DNA of 64,000 nt from Eledone cirrhosa (lineage: Eukaryota): contig OZ024755.1 of the NCBI GenBank assembly GCA_964016885.1, forward strand, positions 28,148,001 to 28,212,000, given 5' to 3'. Position 1 is the first letter of the stretch, and the number at the start of each line of letters is the position of its first letter. The notes beneath the pieces are model-generated. The model did not search any database and had not been told where the DNA came from. It saw nothing but the letters and a program-made list of their open reading frames with translations. The position numbers and the translations under genes are program-made. Positions 30,887-46,209 of this stretch are shown here, piece by piece.

Positions 30887-31050
30887 GTGAATTGGCAGTA
30901 TCGGTAGAGGTTTGGTGCCATGCTTTTTAGCATAGTTACGTCCTTTTACGGTCTGAGTCCAAATCCCGTCGAGGTTAACGTTGCCTTTAAAGTACCAGTA
31001 ATGTACTGGGTAATTGCTGGCCTTGTGCCAAAAAGTAGAAACAATTATTA
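30887..31050 (+). mobile_element. SINE S1 with internal deletion of the core
   Basis: gttgcctttaaagtaccag: the segment catccttacggggtcgataaaat is missing. Confidence 0.85.
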
Positions 31051-31402
31051 CTTTGGTCCTCGGTATCACCACCATTATCCCCCTCATATGCTATTATAGT
31101 ATTTTATTCAATTATGTTGTTTTTTCTAATTATATATTTTATGATTCATATTGCTATTAAGTAGTACGTATTTTAGAAAAGAAAGGTTTCAGGAACCAGC
31201 TCTGTGTATTAGTTAAACAGGAATTGATGGGCGCAGTTATTAATAACATGTGTTGCGCCCCCTATAAAAGAAAACTAGAGCAGGGAGTAGCAATAGAGAA
31301 CTATACATTGGAAAGGGAGTCAGGCCATCCAATTAGAACAGAGGAACATAATCGGAATTATCGTTTACAACGTATTTAGGAAGAGAATGTCCTATAACAC
31401 TT

Positions 31403-31705
31403 CATTGCATGGGCAACCTGCGGCCCGCGAATCTTTCTGAATGGCTCGCCTAAGTCACCTAAGTGAAATCTTTCTGATTTTTTAAACCCCAACTTTTCAG
31501 TCGTAATTTATCTTTCTATTATTTTTACCAACGAGGAAAACAATGTGTACAAATTCTGAAGAAACAAATCCAAACAACCTGAGTTACCGCCATTTTTTTT
31601 TTTTAAATGTGTGGGCACGAATGTAAATAAGCGCTTGCGACCTGCCTGATGATGAGCCATATCTCACGTGACCCGCTTCTCAAAAAAAGTTGCCGCCTAT
31701 GCCCG
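31403..31705. mobile_element. Non-autonomous hAT (Charlie/Buster-like) MITE
   Basis: Left end catgggcaacctgcggcccgcg, right end gtgacccgc..aaaaaaagttgccgcctatgccc; degenerate TIRs and subterminal ggcccgc motifs typical of hAT-Charlie elements. Confidence 0.6.
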
Positions 31706-31975
31706 GTCTAGGTTACCAGATGGCCAACCTGTCAACAAAGCTACACTTCCCATCCATAACTGATAGAAACATGTGAAGTCTATTCGATAAGTAGATATGT
31801 AATTGTTTTCAGTGTCACACTCTGCTGCAAACAGTTGATGGAGGTCTGTGGCACCTAACTCCCCAGTCTGCCGCATCTCGCGGTCAACGATACAGAGTTT
31901 TACGCAAAATAATGTTATTTTCAATCGCTTTCGTTTTATTTGCGAATAATAAGAATTCATCACTTTATCATTGTT

Positions 31976-32428
31976 GGTGAATTGGAAGGATTGATAAAGC
32001 GTTGGACACCATGCTTTGCGGCGTAACGTTACGTCCCTTTACGTTCTGAGTTCAAATCCCGCAGAGGTTAGTTTTACTTTTCATCCTTACGGGGTCGATT
32101 AAATAAAATGCCAGTTAAGCACTCACTTGTGTCTAATCCACATTCCCCTCCCCCAAAATTGCCGGCCTTGTACCTAAATCAGAAACCATTATTATTATGC
32201 ATAGTAAAAATTACAGTAGGGTGAATTGGTAACATTTGCAGAGCCATGTTATGTTACATATTGTTTGGTCTTTTAACATTCTGAGTTTAAATCCCAGCGA
32301 GATTAGTTTTGCATTTCTTCTTTACGAGCTCAATAAATTAAAGTACCAGTAAGACATTTGGGTCGATTTAGTCGACTTTCCTTTTGCCTTCAAATTGTTG
32401 GTCATGTGCCAAATGTAGAAATAATTAT
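31976..32428 (+). mobile_element. Two adjacent older S1-related SINE copies
   Basis: 31976-32192 and 32219-32428, each with B-box (ctgagttcaaatccc / ctgagtttaaatccc) and a diverged core. Confidence 0.75.
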
Positions 32429-33582
32429 TTATAGTTGTAACAGAAGCAGTTTTTGTTTTAAAGTTTGTGTCTCTCTGTTGTTATTATCTCTTACTATCAT
32501 CCTTTTTAATTATATCATTGGTTGTTTTGTGATTTTGTAGTTTTATTTGGTATTGTTTCATTTCTACTTTCTTTCTATTAACGTGTACTTGTATGCTACA
32601 GTATCGTTGAAATTGGCGTCACCTCCCATGTTTTCATTGGCTCCGGACAATATTAGGCAGACATTGCCTTTCCTTTTATATTTTCGATCGATCCATTTTG
32701 ATTAAAGATTAAGATTTCTTGTTATTGATGTTGACATTAATATCTTCGTGTGTGTGTGTGTGTGTGATTGTGTATATGTGTGATTATATTTTCCAAATAA
32801 GTGTTTAGTTGTGTGTCTTTGTAATTGTGTATGAACAAAACCACAGAAGTTCCAGATAACTTAATCATATTGCACTGTATACAACCCATATACAAACAAT
32901 GAATTCGCAGCAAAATGTGTTGATCTGGAAGAAGGCAAATGAACCTAGTCTAAGCGAACTATACTTAAACCACTAGCAACAATAATGAAATTGCGTGGAA
33001 ACAGTAGACATCAAAATGATATATATTATTCTAAATGTATTATATCATACACGTCTTTAGTGATTAAAACAAAAATGCTTTTATTTGTTTATAAAAATAG
33101 CGTATGATGCAGATACAAAAAATGACATCTCAAATGAGCTAGTCTCCCATATCTAAGACTGCATTTAACGCAGTTATATATTCAAATATTTAAGTTAGTA
33201 ATGATATATTTATACAATAAAATTGAAAAACCTATACAGACAAAATTATCAATTATAGATAATCCTTTTACAAGACATATCTAATGAGGTTTTGAAGTTT
33301 GTATAACAGCAATACGTATCATATACACTACCGTATTGGCAATGTAGTTCAAGAGATATAATTAATAAATATATAATGGTTGGTATAGAAAAATACAATT
33401 TTCTATGGAAGAAATACTTCCGAAAGCTCCTCGGCATGTACTTCAATAGTCAAGTTACGTTTATTATATTAAATACCGTTGACGTTAAAAGTCAGTGTTG
33501 TAGCAATCCTGAAATACTGAAACGTTTGGTAATATGTGTGTAACTATGTTCTACTATTATATATATATCTCTCTGTATATAT

Positions 33583-33788
33583 AACGGAGGAAATGTGGTA
33601 AGGAACCAGGTGGACCATAACGCACCAAAGTACTCAATACTTAGGGTAGTAGAGTGGGTAATAGGAACGAGTAGGACCCCGACGGCTGAGCTCAAGCCGT
33701 TTCGACGGCTAATTCTGGACTAATTTTAGTCCAGAATTAGCCGTCGAAACGGCTTGAGCTCAGCCGTCGGGGTCCTACTCGTTCCTAT
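33583..33788. mobile_element. Fold-back Penelope-like pLTR remnant (family A)
   Basis: Perfect 63-bp arms at 33661-33723 and 33726-33788; same unique segment as 26791-26867; TA flanks. Confidence 0.72.
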
Positions 33789-33805
33789 ATATATATATAT
33801 ATATA

Positions 33806-33974
33806 ATAGTAGAACACTGGGGCGTTACATCCGTAGTAATAGAGCACTCAGTCCAAGGGACGAGTTTGGTAGTAGTTCCACAACAGTTAGTTGACCATAA
33901 CGAGACCAAATGTTTCACCTTATGCCGATCCCCATTTGTTCTCGGTATGGTGAACTAACTCTTGTGGATCTACT
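33806..33974. mobile_element. Fold-back pLTR-like remnant (family B-related)
   Basis: 42-bp imperfect arms at 33871-33912 and 33933-33974; minus strand reads GAAA-CATTTG-GTC. Confidence 0.5.
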
Positions 33975-34428
33975 CAGAGAATTAAGTAGGGTCAAATATT
34001 CAACATATTATTCATATTCCCAATGGTGCAGTAGAATCAGATAGCATATGATAGACTACACAAAGGATAATCACGAATAACAAGTCTAGATTTTATGAGA
34101 TTTTGTAATATTTTGTGTCAGCCAATCAGTCCTTACTCGGCAATGATCCTATTAATAATTAATTCGAATTCTTCATGCACATTTATAAGTAATAAATGGT
34201 CTCTAAACACAGGTGTAACTGTGTTCAATGTATCAAAGGTGAGAATATATATATTATTGATAATTCGATTCATATATATCTGAGAATTAATATCTGAGTT
34301 TAAACAATGTTAATTTGTGAGCGTACATAATTACTATTTAATAAACATATTTCTAAATAGATAAATACAATCACACACGCAAAACACGCGCACACAAAGA
34401 ATCTCAGACACATATACACATACATATA

Positions 34429-34496
<68 letters not shown>

Positions 34497-34497
34497 A

Positions 34498-34652
<155 letters not shown>

Positions 34653-34697
34653 AATATATATATATAAATATATATATATAAATATATATATATAAAT

Positions 34698-34728
<31 letters not shown>

Positions 34729-35290
34729 GTGAGTCTCAAATCTCTTATATCTTGACCTTAATACTGTTTTATTTGGCGTATGTTTGTTGATTATGACAAC
34801 TGTCTGAGTGCACATAGTTTTGCAATTCAAATGCAGATCGATTTATCAACAGAAATTTTATTGCAATCTTCTCTGTTTGTTTCTATTTTTATATAGCTAA
34901 CTCCAGATTTGTAAATTTATTCTCTCGCTTTGTTATTTTTCGATTAAGCGCTCGTTCTTTTTCTTCTTTTTTTGGCAGACATTCTCAGCAAATGTTCCCC
35001 CATATGGAGAATCGGAAACGTTCGTCAATGACTTAACAGTTTTTGAAAAAAATTAACAATCTATTAATGTTTTCATACTCTTAAAAAAGAACATGGTGTA
35101 ATAATTAACAGGTGTTAAGCGACGTTCTCTTCTCAAATCATCAGGTATTTGACTGGATTATATTTCCTGGTGGAAAAAAACAACGTATGCTAACCCCTAG
35201 GCTGCATGTATAACCAATACAAACTTAACAAAATTAAACACATACACGCACGCACACATGCACACACACACACACATACAGTCACACACG

Positions 35291-35390
<100 letters not shown>

Positions 35391-35663
35391 CATATATGCA
35401 GATACATGCATGTATGTATACTCAAACATCTGCTTGTCTTAAGAAATATTAAGACAATAATAAATAAGAAAGATAGATTTGGGAACGTAAGTTAATATAT
35501 TAATAGCAAACCGTTATAAATAATATTTAGATAGTGTACTGCATCAGAGAGATGGGTGATTTAATTCTGAGGTGGTGCATCTATCCTCATGTCGGCCGTC
35601 TGCAGTGTTACTCTACCCGATTTACAATATTGATATCTATAGTGATTGAATATTACTCTCGTC

Positions 35664-35805
35664 ATAGTTACGTCCCTTTACGATCTGTGTTCTAATCCCA
35701 CCGAGGTTAGCTTTGCTTCTCATCCTTACGGGGGGTCGATAAAATAAAGTACCAGTAATGCATTTGGTGTCATTGCTGGCTTTGTGCCAAAAGTAGAAAC
35801 AATTA
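35664..35805 (+). mobile_element. SINE S1, 5'-truncated
   Basis: B-box region, core and 3' end present. Confidence 0.85.
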
Positions 35806-35905
35806 TTCTAGTCATTCACTTTGGGGCGACTACGTAACAAATTTCAGTCAATTGGATATTCACATTTCTAGCTAAATCCTCTATGAAATGTCGATTTATA
35901 CCCTG

Positions 35906-35982
35906 GAGACCATTTAGCGTAATGGATAACGCACGTTTGCGGTAGTCATAAGAAGCTAGGTTCAATTCCTTGGATGAACCTC
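35906..35982 (+). pseudogene. Degenerate tRNA-like sequence (tRNA pseudogene or SINE head)
   Basis: D-arm/A-box tagcgtaatggataacgc and T-arm ctaggttcaattccttg; anticodon arm and acceptor stem do not pair properly. Confidence 0.5.
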
Positions 35983-36093
35983 ACTCCAGTTTTCTGCGTC
36001 TCAATTGGAAATTTTCAAATCCATTCAACGATTATTCATAATGAAAACAGGCATCATAGTCATGTACGTTAACGGGACTACATCCCACATTTC

Positions 36094-36151
<58 letters not shown>

Positions 36152-36157
36152 TCTATT

Positions 36158-36393
36158 CTAAGGCGGGTAAAATTCCCGAGATCCATGGACGAGTTCTCTC
36201 CAGCGGTCTCTGTCCCTCATTATCGCTGCCATGTCATGCATCTCCAACAGACCAGTGTCTGTCCTTTGGGCATCAACATACGTTAACCTTGGTCTTCCTC
36301 TTCTAGTGTGTCCATGTAGGGGCTCCCAAAGGAGCACTGAGTGCAATGTCAACTCTGGATGTCGGTGAGCATGTCCAGCTAACCTCAGTCTCC

Positions 36394-36397
<4 letters not shown>
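36158..36397 (-). mobile_element. RTE-clade LINE 3' end
   Basis: RRLRLAGHAHRHPE...LLWEPLHGHTRRGRPRLTYVD...MRDRDRWRELV, the typical RTE C-terminal region; (TA)n on both sides. Confidence 0.85.
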
Positions 36398-36451
<54 letters not shown>

Positions 36452-36456
<5 letters not shown>

Positions 36457-36632
36457 GTTTCTATTTTAGGCACAAGGCCAGCAATTAATTACCCAGTGCA
36501 TTAATGGTACTTTATTTTATTGACCCCGTAAGGATGAAAGGCAAAGTTAACCTCACCAGGATTTGAACCCAGATCATAGAGGGCCGTAACTATGCTGCAA
36601 AACATGGCGTCCGACACTCTACCGATGCTACC
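36452..36632 (-). mobile_element. SINE S1
   Basis: Near full-length match. Confidence 0.87.
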
Positions 36633-36838
36633 ATATCAATCAAAAAGAGTTCAATCATTTATATTCTCTCCCTTGAATGGAAGAAATCCTAGTGTTATAT
36701 AATGCAACGTGCAATATTTAGTTACATAACAATGTTGAAGTTCAACAAACAACATGTGATAGATTCCGACAACAACGTACACCCTAGTGATATTATTTTT
36801 CGGAAGGTCTACATCACTATGTCATTCCTTACTCCTCA

Positions 36839-37030
36839 ATAATTGTTTCTACATTTCGCACAAGGCCAGCAAAGACTCAGTACATTACTGGTACTTCATT
36901 TTATCGACCCCGTAAGGATGAAAGGCAAAGTTAACCTCGGCGGGATTTGAACTCAGATCATAAAGGGCCGTAAGTAACACTATGCTGCAAAGCATTGTGT
37001 CCGACCCTCTACCGATACTGCCAATCCACC
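36839..37030 (-). mobile_element. SINE S1
   Basis: Full-length match. Confidence 0.88.
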
Positions 37031-37274
37031 TCGAATTCTTCAGGCAGCTTTGTAAGTAATACATTTTTTTTTTGTAATAGTCAGAGATGGATTGCAGTTG
37101 ATCATCTAGCTGATCTACCTGGGTTGACCAAGGTGGAAACGACATCACCCATATTGTACAAACATATAATGGACCAATTGTAAATAAATAGATGTACCTA
37201 CAACAGCACCGACATCAAATGGCAGGCTAGTACAAAAATAACTATGTAGACAACTCGTTAAAAGTGTGAAGAAG

Positions 37275-37346
37275 AGCAACAGTTGTAACAACGACAGCAG
37301 CAGCAACAACAACAACAACAGCAATCACAGTAACAACGACAATAGC

Positions 37347-37381
<35 letters not shown>

Positions 37382-37820
37382 CGACAGCAATAACATTAAC
37401 AACGGCAACAGCAGCGACAACAACTGCAATAACAGTAACAACGACAGCAACAATAGCAACAACAACAACAGCAGCAATAACATTAACAACGACAACAGCA
37501 GCTACAACAACAACGACAACAAAAAAAACAGCAGCAATAACAGTAACAACGACAGCAACAGCAACAACGGCAGTAACAACAATAAGAGCAACATCAAATA
37601 CGACAACAACATCAAATACGACAACAACAACAACAACAGCAACGACGAAAACGACGACGACGACAACAACAGCTACTTAAACAGCAACATCAAAAATGTT
37701 AACAACAACAATAACAACAACAACAGCGACATCAAAAACAACAACAACAACAACAGTAACAGCACCTACAAAACATCAACAACAACAAAACATCAACAAC
37801 AACTACAACAAAACAAAAAA
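37275..37820. repeat. Degenerate (AAC)n repeat
   Basis: Direct reading. Confidence 0.95.
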
Positions 37821-38224
37821 ACTATTAATAGGACAATACACGGAATAAAAAATCCCAAAACATACTAAACTAAGACATTAAAACAAGAACTATAAATATG
37901 GCGAAGATGAGGACGATGGTTATGAAAAAATAACGAGAGAAGCAGAAGATATGTTGAAAATATACCAACTGGTTATTATGGCGTTTTATTTTTAAGATTG
38001 CGACTTTCAATTTTTCTGCATTTAACAATGCTTCTATTTGTGTCCCGTTAGAATTCCTTCCTCACTTTCATTCTATTTATATTCCAACCTGTTATTTCTT
38101 TCTAAGGTTTCTTTAAAAAGAAAAAAATTTAATTGTTTTGTGGTTGGTAATATATGTTTTATCATTTTAGAATCTGCTTGATTTCTAAAGTTGTTATGAC
38201 TCTGTGTGTAAGTGTGTGTGCGCT

Positions 38225-38275
<51 letters not shown>

Positions 38276-38327
38276 CATTGCCTGACATTCCTTGTAATAT
38301 TCACATGAACACACAGAGAAAGCACCG

Positions 38328-38380
<53 letters not shown>

Positions 38381-38522
38381 TATATATATACATATGAATA
38401 TATATGTATATATAGATATATAGATACACACACACACACACATATGTATATATGTTTATACATACATATATAAACGTATAAATATATATGTATTTATATA
38501 TACATATATATAAATATATATG

Positions 38523-38576
<54 letters not shown>

Positions 38577-39103
38577 CATATACACATATACAAAAATCTA
38601 TCTATCTATATATACACATATATATATATATGTATATAAATATGTGTATATATATGTATATATATGTATATATATGTGTGTATATATATATATATGTATA
38701 TATAGATATATATGTATACATACAAGGTGACTTCACTTTTTATTACGACTTCTCATCAATTGGTGAACATACGACGAAACAGGGGGGTATATAATTTGTT
38801 GGTATTTCAACAAATATATGTATAACAGATTCGAAGCACTCGAGAGGTTTTCTGGAGTATAATATCAATGATATTAATAAATGGGAACTATATTTCTAAA
38901 GCCATATTTATTCTGTTATATATATTTCAATGGTACCAACACATCAGATAAATTACAAAGTTTGTTTTATAAATATTGACATAGCTAAGAATGAGACGTT
39001 AAATATTCAAGTTTCACCTGGATAGTTACAAATTAAATATTTATATATATATATACATATATATTTATATATATATTTACAGATATACATATATATATAT
39101 ATT

Positions 39104-39135
<32 letters not shown>

Positions 39136-39149
39136 CATATATATATATT

Positions 39150-39180
<31 letters not shown>

Positions 39181-39329
39181 ATATATATTTGTATATATAT
39201 ATATATTTATATATATATATATATATATTTTTTTTATATATATATATATTTATATATAATTTATATATATATATATATATTATATATATATATATATATA
39301 TAATGTATATATATATATATATATATATA

Positions 39330-39378
<49 letters not shown>

Positions 39379-39420
39379 CATATATATATATATAATTTTT
39401 ATATATATATATATAATTTT

Positions 39421-39453
<33 letters not shown>

Positions 39454-39519
39454 ATATATATATTTTATATATATATATAGATATATATATATATTTATAT
39501 ATATTTATATATATATATA

Positions 39520-41118
<1,599 letters not shown>

Positions 41119-41199
41119 TATATATAGATGAGACTCTACAGCACTATAATTATTTCATTCTTTAGAAATCATCAGGAAAAAAAATATATATATTTATGT

Positions 41200-41755
41200 G
41201 TCGTTGGGGTAGAGCCCTGAAACACTCCTTGCAGCACGTCCAATTCAAACTAATGCGGCCGGATCCCCGAGCAAGAACAGCCGAGCTCTTATATGTTATC
41301 CAACCATATTGCTTAGAGTCTGCCCTTGGGTTTCCTCTGGTGTGTATTACCCGTAGATCTCTCCAATGATACTTTCCTAAGACATTCTAACCAAATGAGG
41401 TTGACGACGGTGATATTTAAACTAAGGTAGAGGTTGACCACGGTGAGATTTAAACTAAGGTAGAAGTTGACCACGGTGAGATTTAAACTAAGGTAGAGGT
41501 TGACCACGGTGAGATTTAAACTAAGGTAAGGTTGACCACGGTGAGATTTAAACTAAGGTAGAGGTTGACCACGGTGAGATTTAAACTAAGGTAGGTCGCT
41601 GCTGTGAACTCTCACGTCGCAGATGTAACGACTGTACTTGCAGTGACTCTCTGACCTCCATGATACGTACTTTATTGAGTAACGTTACTCCAAAGACCTT
41701 TTGGAGGTATGCCATTTCGGTCGCTCGTATTCTTTCGGTAATTACCCATGATTCA
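41200..41755 (-). mobile_element. Degenerate RTE-clade LINE 3' end interrupted by a 33-bp minisatellite
   Basis: ESWVITERIRATEMAYLQKVFGVTLLNKVR..VRESLQVQSLHLRRESSQQR before the array; HLVRMS and KPKGR..WLDNI after it. Confidence 0.75.
41397..41594. repeat. 33-bp minisatellite, ~6 units
   Basis: Unit gagatttaaactaaggtagaggttgaccacggt. Confidence 0.95.
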
Positions 41756-42290
41756 TATATATATATATATAAGATCAAAAGATGGTTAAAAGAGTTCCAT
41801 GTATTTTATTATGCGCATTTCAAAAACTAATATCATCATGCAATAACATTTGCGTTTTCATCAAATAAAATAGGGAGACATGATATGAAGATTACAACAC
41901 ACTTGTGAATAGTGCAGTTTTAAATCAACATATGAAAAGTAGTTTTAGATTGATGTGTGATATTTGGAAAAAAATTGAGGGGGGGGGGTTGGAAAGGATG
42001 AAAAAGAGGAGGAGATGAGAGTAAAAAGTGGAGGGGGAGGAGTATAATGAGGAAGGATGAGATAGGAGGAGAGATGGGTGATAGAGAGAGAGAGAGAGAT
42101 AGCTTTTATAACTGAGAAAAATATATTGTTTTACATAGAGAGGTTGAAAAACCGTTGGAAGATAATATATAAATTAAAAGAATTTGAAAATTAACGAAGA
42201 GAAAAAAAACGAAGAGAAAAATTTTAGAATAATGTTAAATTAAGGTTTGTATATTTAAGGATTTATTGTACTACAATAAAACTCACCTCC

Positions 42291-42333
<43 letters not shown>

Positions 42334-42894
42334 CTCAGATATCTCTCTCTAATTACTATGATGTCATTATAATCCAATGATGGATAGATCATTCGTTTCT
42401 GTATAATTATTATTTAAGACAACGAAACAATTATCACGTTCTTATACGCAAACGCATATACATGTATCGGTACTTTTATATACGTTTATTTGTGTTAGTT
42501 TGTGTGTGTGTATGTATAGATACGAAAGTATGAAGTGTATCCGGATTTCATACAAATCTACCTTCAGATTCAAAGCAGCAGGAAGAAACACAACTCTTTC
42601 GGGCGAATGAATGAAATATATATGTAATATAAATACCAGGTAGGTGTTTATATTAATGGTAGACGGAATTATTCTGTTGACATTCAATCTGAGGTAGCTA
42701 GAATATCAAAGATGTAATATGTTGTAGATAAGAGGATTGTAATATTGATCATCTTTCAAAGAAACACCCAAAAGTATACTCGCTCTTTCGTTGGAAACAC
42801 TGCAATGTTCTATATAACCTCGAAAATAGCTTTAGAGAGATATGAAGCATAAGATCTTTATAAAAGTATTTATGCAAGAAATGTTATATAGTTA

Positions 42895-43396
42895 TCTATA
42901 AATAATGAACACAGCCACAACCACAAGGATATGGTCCGAACATGGAAGAGTCGAAATACTACTGTCATCGCCTCCATCTCTCTCACCCTTCCCATCTCTC
43001 CGTATGGTGATCCAATGGGATCCCACGTGCTGGCCTCCCCACAGCCCCGGTGGACAAAATGGAAAAGGTGTTTCCCCGGACGATGGTAAGGGAGATGCGC
43101 TGGAAGAGCCATTCCAATTCGCGAGGCTCACATTTGAGGTTGGCCAACTCAGCGCCTATGGTGGTGAGTAGGGAGGTCGCCCTATGGCCAAGAACACCAG
43201 AAGTCTCCACGGCCAAGGGCACGACTGCAAATCTGTCGGAGAGCGACCGGTACTTGGAGATTTTGGCCTCCTCAGCCCGATGTGCAGCAGAACCTGGGTT
43301 AGTCGCAGACTGCACCAGTTTGCGACTGGAGAAAGTGTCGCTGCATGTTACATCCCAGACGAGGGGTTTGCCACCGCGGAACGGGAAGATGGTCAT
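42895..43396 (-). mobile_element. CRE-type non-LTR retrotransposon 3' fragment (RLE domain), frame intact
   Basis: TIFPFRGGKPLVWDVTCSDTF...GSAAHRAEEAKISKYRSL...VPLAVETSGVLG...LFQRISLTIVRGNTFSIL matches the CRE-clade restriction-like endonuclease C-terminus; 3' UTR shared with five other copies. Confidence 0.88.
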
Positions 43397-43612
43397 AGAT
43401 ATGTTAGAACGGTGTTGAATGCGAGATATTTCAGCAACATTGAAATAGGTTCGTTAATTGAAATATCTTAATTATATTATATAATAAAATACGTTGATAA
43501 ACAGAGCTTTCCGTAAGGAGTATTAAGTTCAAAGATATAAAGAATGTAATGTAAACAAGGCAATAGTTGTGTAAAAGGATAGGCGGCAAAAAATAAATTG
43601 ATTTACACTCAC

Positions 43613-43739
43613 CTTCGGGATTCGGGGTGTCCTCGTAATTTTTGAAAGGAAATTCCTCGTAGTCGATATATCGTCCCCCGGTAGTAGCGCAAAGCATATG
43701 GAATATGCAGCACCAGAAAATTACCAACAAGTGTCGCAT
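43613..43739 (-). CDS. First coding exon of a small secreted EF-hand protein (signal peptide)
   Basis: Acceptor ttttttgtttctttgcgtacag|AT ATG, donor CCCGAAG|gtgagt. Encodes MRHLLVIFWCCIFHMLCATTGGRYIDYEEFPFKNYEDTPNPE: basic N-terminus, hydrophobic core, small residues near TTG/G. 127 nt coding, ends in phase 1. Confidence 0.7.
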
Positions 43740-44068
43740 ATCTGTACGCAAAGAAACAAAAAATCATATTTAGAAATAAACAATAGCAGCAATAATAATT
43801 GACCGTTTTCAATCACATAACTGAACGATTAAAAGCTTCACTTTGCTTGCTTTAATCCGTTTTATTCACCTGTAAAATGTGAATGGTCGTGAATACGAAT
43901 AGCATTTAAATATCCAGGTGTATATTAATGAGTATTAAATGCATGTTATTCCATTAGAATTTTACAGAACGAAAAAAACAGAAAACCATATAAGAGAGAA
44001 GGAAGTGATGGGAGCTAAAATACTGCAGTCACGACCGAGAAAAAAAATATTATTGACATAAGGGCGGT

Positions 44069-45033
44069 AGATTTAAAGTAAGGTAGAGGTTGACCACGGT
44101 GAGATTTAAACTAAGGTAGAGGTTGACCACGGTGAGATTTATACTAAGGTAGAGGTTGACTACGGTGAGATTTAAACTAAGGTAGAGGTTGACCACAATG
44201 AGATTTATACTAAGGTAGAGGTTGACCACGGTGAGATTTATACTAAGGTAGAGGTTGACCACGGTGAGATTTATACTAAGGTAGAGGTTGACCACGGTGA
44301 GATTTATACTAAGGTAGAGGTTGACTACGGTGAGATTTAAACTAAGGTAGAGGTTGACCACGGTGAGATTTATACTAAGGTAGAGGTTGACCACGGTGAG
44401 ATTTATACTAAGGTAGAGGTTGACCACGGTGAGATTTATACTAAGGTAGAGGTTGACTACGGTGAGATTTAAACTAAGGTAGAGGTTGACCACGATGAGA
44501 TTTATACTAAGGTAGAGGTTGACCACGGTGAGATTTAAACTAAGGTAGAGGTTGACCACGGTGAGATTTAAACTAAGGTAGAGGTTGACCACGGTGAGAT
44601 TTAAACTAAGGTAGAGGTTGACCACGGTGAGATTTAAACTAAGGTAGAGGTTGACCACGGTGAGATTTATACTAAGGTAGAGGTTGACTACGGTGAGATT
44701 TAAACTAAGGTAGAGGTTGACCACGGTGAGATTTAAAGTAAGGTAGAGGTTGACCACGATGAGATTTAAACTAAGGTAGAGGTTGACTACGGTGAGATTT
44801 AAACTAAGGTAGAGGTTGACCACGTTGATATTTAAACTAAGGTAGAGGTTGACCACGGTGAGATTTAAACTAAGGTGGAGGTTGACCACGGTGAAATTTA
44901 AACTAAGGTATAGGTTGACCACGGTGAGATTTAAAGTAACGTAGAGGTTGACCACGTTGATATATAAACTAAGGTAGAGGTTGACCACGGTGAGATTTAA
45001 ACTAAGGTGAAGGTTGACCATGGTGAGATTTAA
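44069..45033. repeat. 33-bp minisatellite, ~29 units
   Basis: Same unit as 41397-41594; variants tttatact and gactacgg; more diverged units at the right end. Confidence 0.97.
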
Positions 45034-45712
45034 GAATAACAGAAGTACTGCATGCACCAAATGTTATAATGGTTCAACTGATTTTCCGCCTCCATAAAAT
45101 ATATGTACATAAAAAACAGTGGAAAGCCTGGAGAATTCTGAATGATTATCCATTGTATTTTTAATGTAAAAGGAAAGATGTATTGCCATCATATAATTGC
45201 TATGGTTGTGTAATTCCTTTTCCTTTGTGTCGATATTTGAAAGTGTCATATTTTTTTCTCCGTTTTTGATATTTTTATCGTCAATTTCTTTATACGATTC
45301 AATTATCTGTTGAGATTTGCATACAGGTTCTGTGGCAATTTGATTAGTTATAGTATATTGCGTAAGATATCTAACTTTATTGGTCCCTGTGGTTCCTAAT
45401 AAATGAAGTCACCTCCCCTAGATATATGTATTTTTTTTTTTCAGTTCATATTGGAAATCGTTAATTTACTAACACGAAAACAAATCTGAAGAAAATGAAA
45501 TCATTCCCTTAACTTTTATCCATGTGCGCATGTGTGTGGTGTGTGTGTTAGTGTTGTTAACATATAAGATTATATATAAAATTTACATGTGGAACAACTC
45601 AAAACCTGTATTAGTAATAAGGTCATGTTACTTATTTATTTGACTGGAATTGTGATACAGATTTAAGGGGCTTATTTATACAATATATATCACATATACA
45701 TATTTTCTACAC

Positions 45713-45743
<31 letters not shown>

Positions 45744-45759
45744 TATATATATTCACACT

Positions 45760-45807
<48 letters not shown>

Positions 45808-45809
<2 letters not shown>

Positions 45810-45878
45810 ATCTAGCTGTCGAAATGGATATAAATGGCTGGAGCTCAGCCGTCGGAGTCCTGACTCTTTTCCTGTGTC

Positions 45879-45881
<3 letters not shown>
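45808..45881 (+). mobile_element. Diverged family A pLTR fragment in (TA)n
   Basis: tagctgtcgaaatgg...ggctggagctcagccgtcggagtcct resembles the right arm of family A. Confidence 0.55.
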
Positions 45882-45933
<52 letters not shown>

Positions 45934-46209
45934 TGAGAGAGAGGGGGTGGTGGCTGTGTGAGAGGGCATATTCCCCGAAAACAAAGATGATACGTAGTCA
46001 GAGTAAGATTACAAAACTAGCTCATACTAAACAGAAAATATCATTTACTTCTGGCCGAAAATACTCAACGTGAGTGATAGAAGAGGTAGACAACCCGCTG
46101 CCCCGTAGAAACTGGAACTGTTGCTTAAATTATGTGAAGATTGTTTTCACACAATCTATCCTAAAATATTCACATAAATTTGACGAGCATTATATGTCTT
46201 TCATTCATG

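Noticed and set aside
33477-33508. 32-nt minus-strand mini-exon ending FNVNG as partner for the EF-hand exon
   Set aside because: The 21780-21878 exon gives a much better loop (FFDVNG) with matching phases on both sides.
35906-35982. Functional tRNA gene
   Set aside because: Acceptor stem and anticodon arm do not form; treated as a pseudogene or SINE head.
44069-45033. CRISPR-like array (33-bp periodicity)
   Set aside because: Units are head-to-tail with no unique spacers and no cas genes; eukaryotic context.
44050-45060. 336-aa repeat protein (LNLTVVNLYLS)n
   Set aside because: One frame of the 33-bp unit happens to be stop-free; the ORF starts at TTG, has no evident splice context, and the same unit interrupts a dead LINE nearby.
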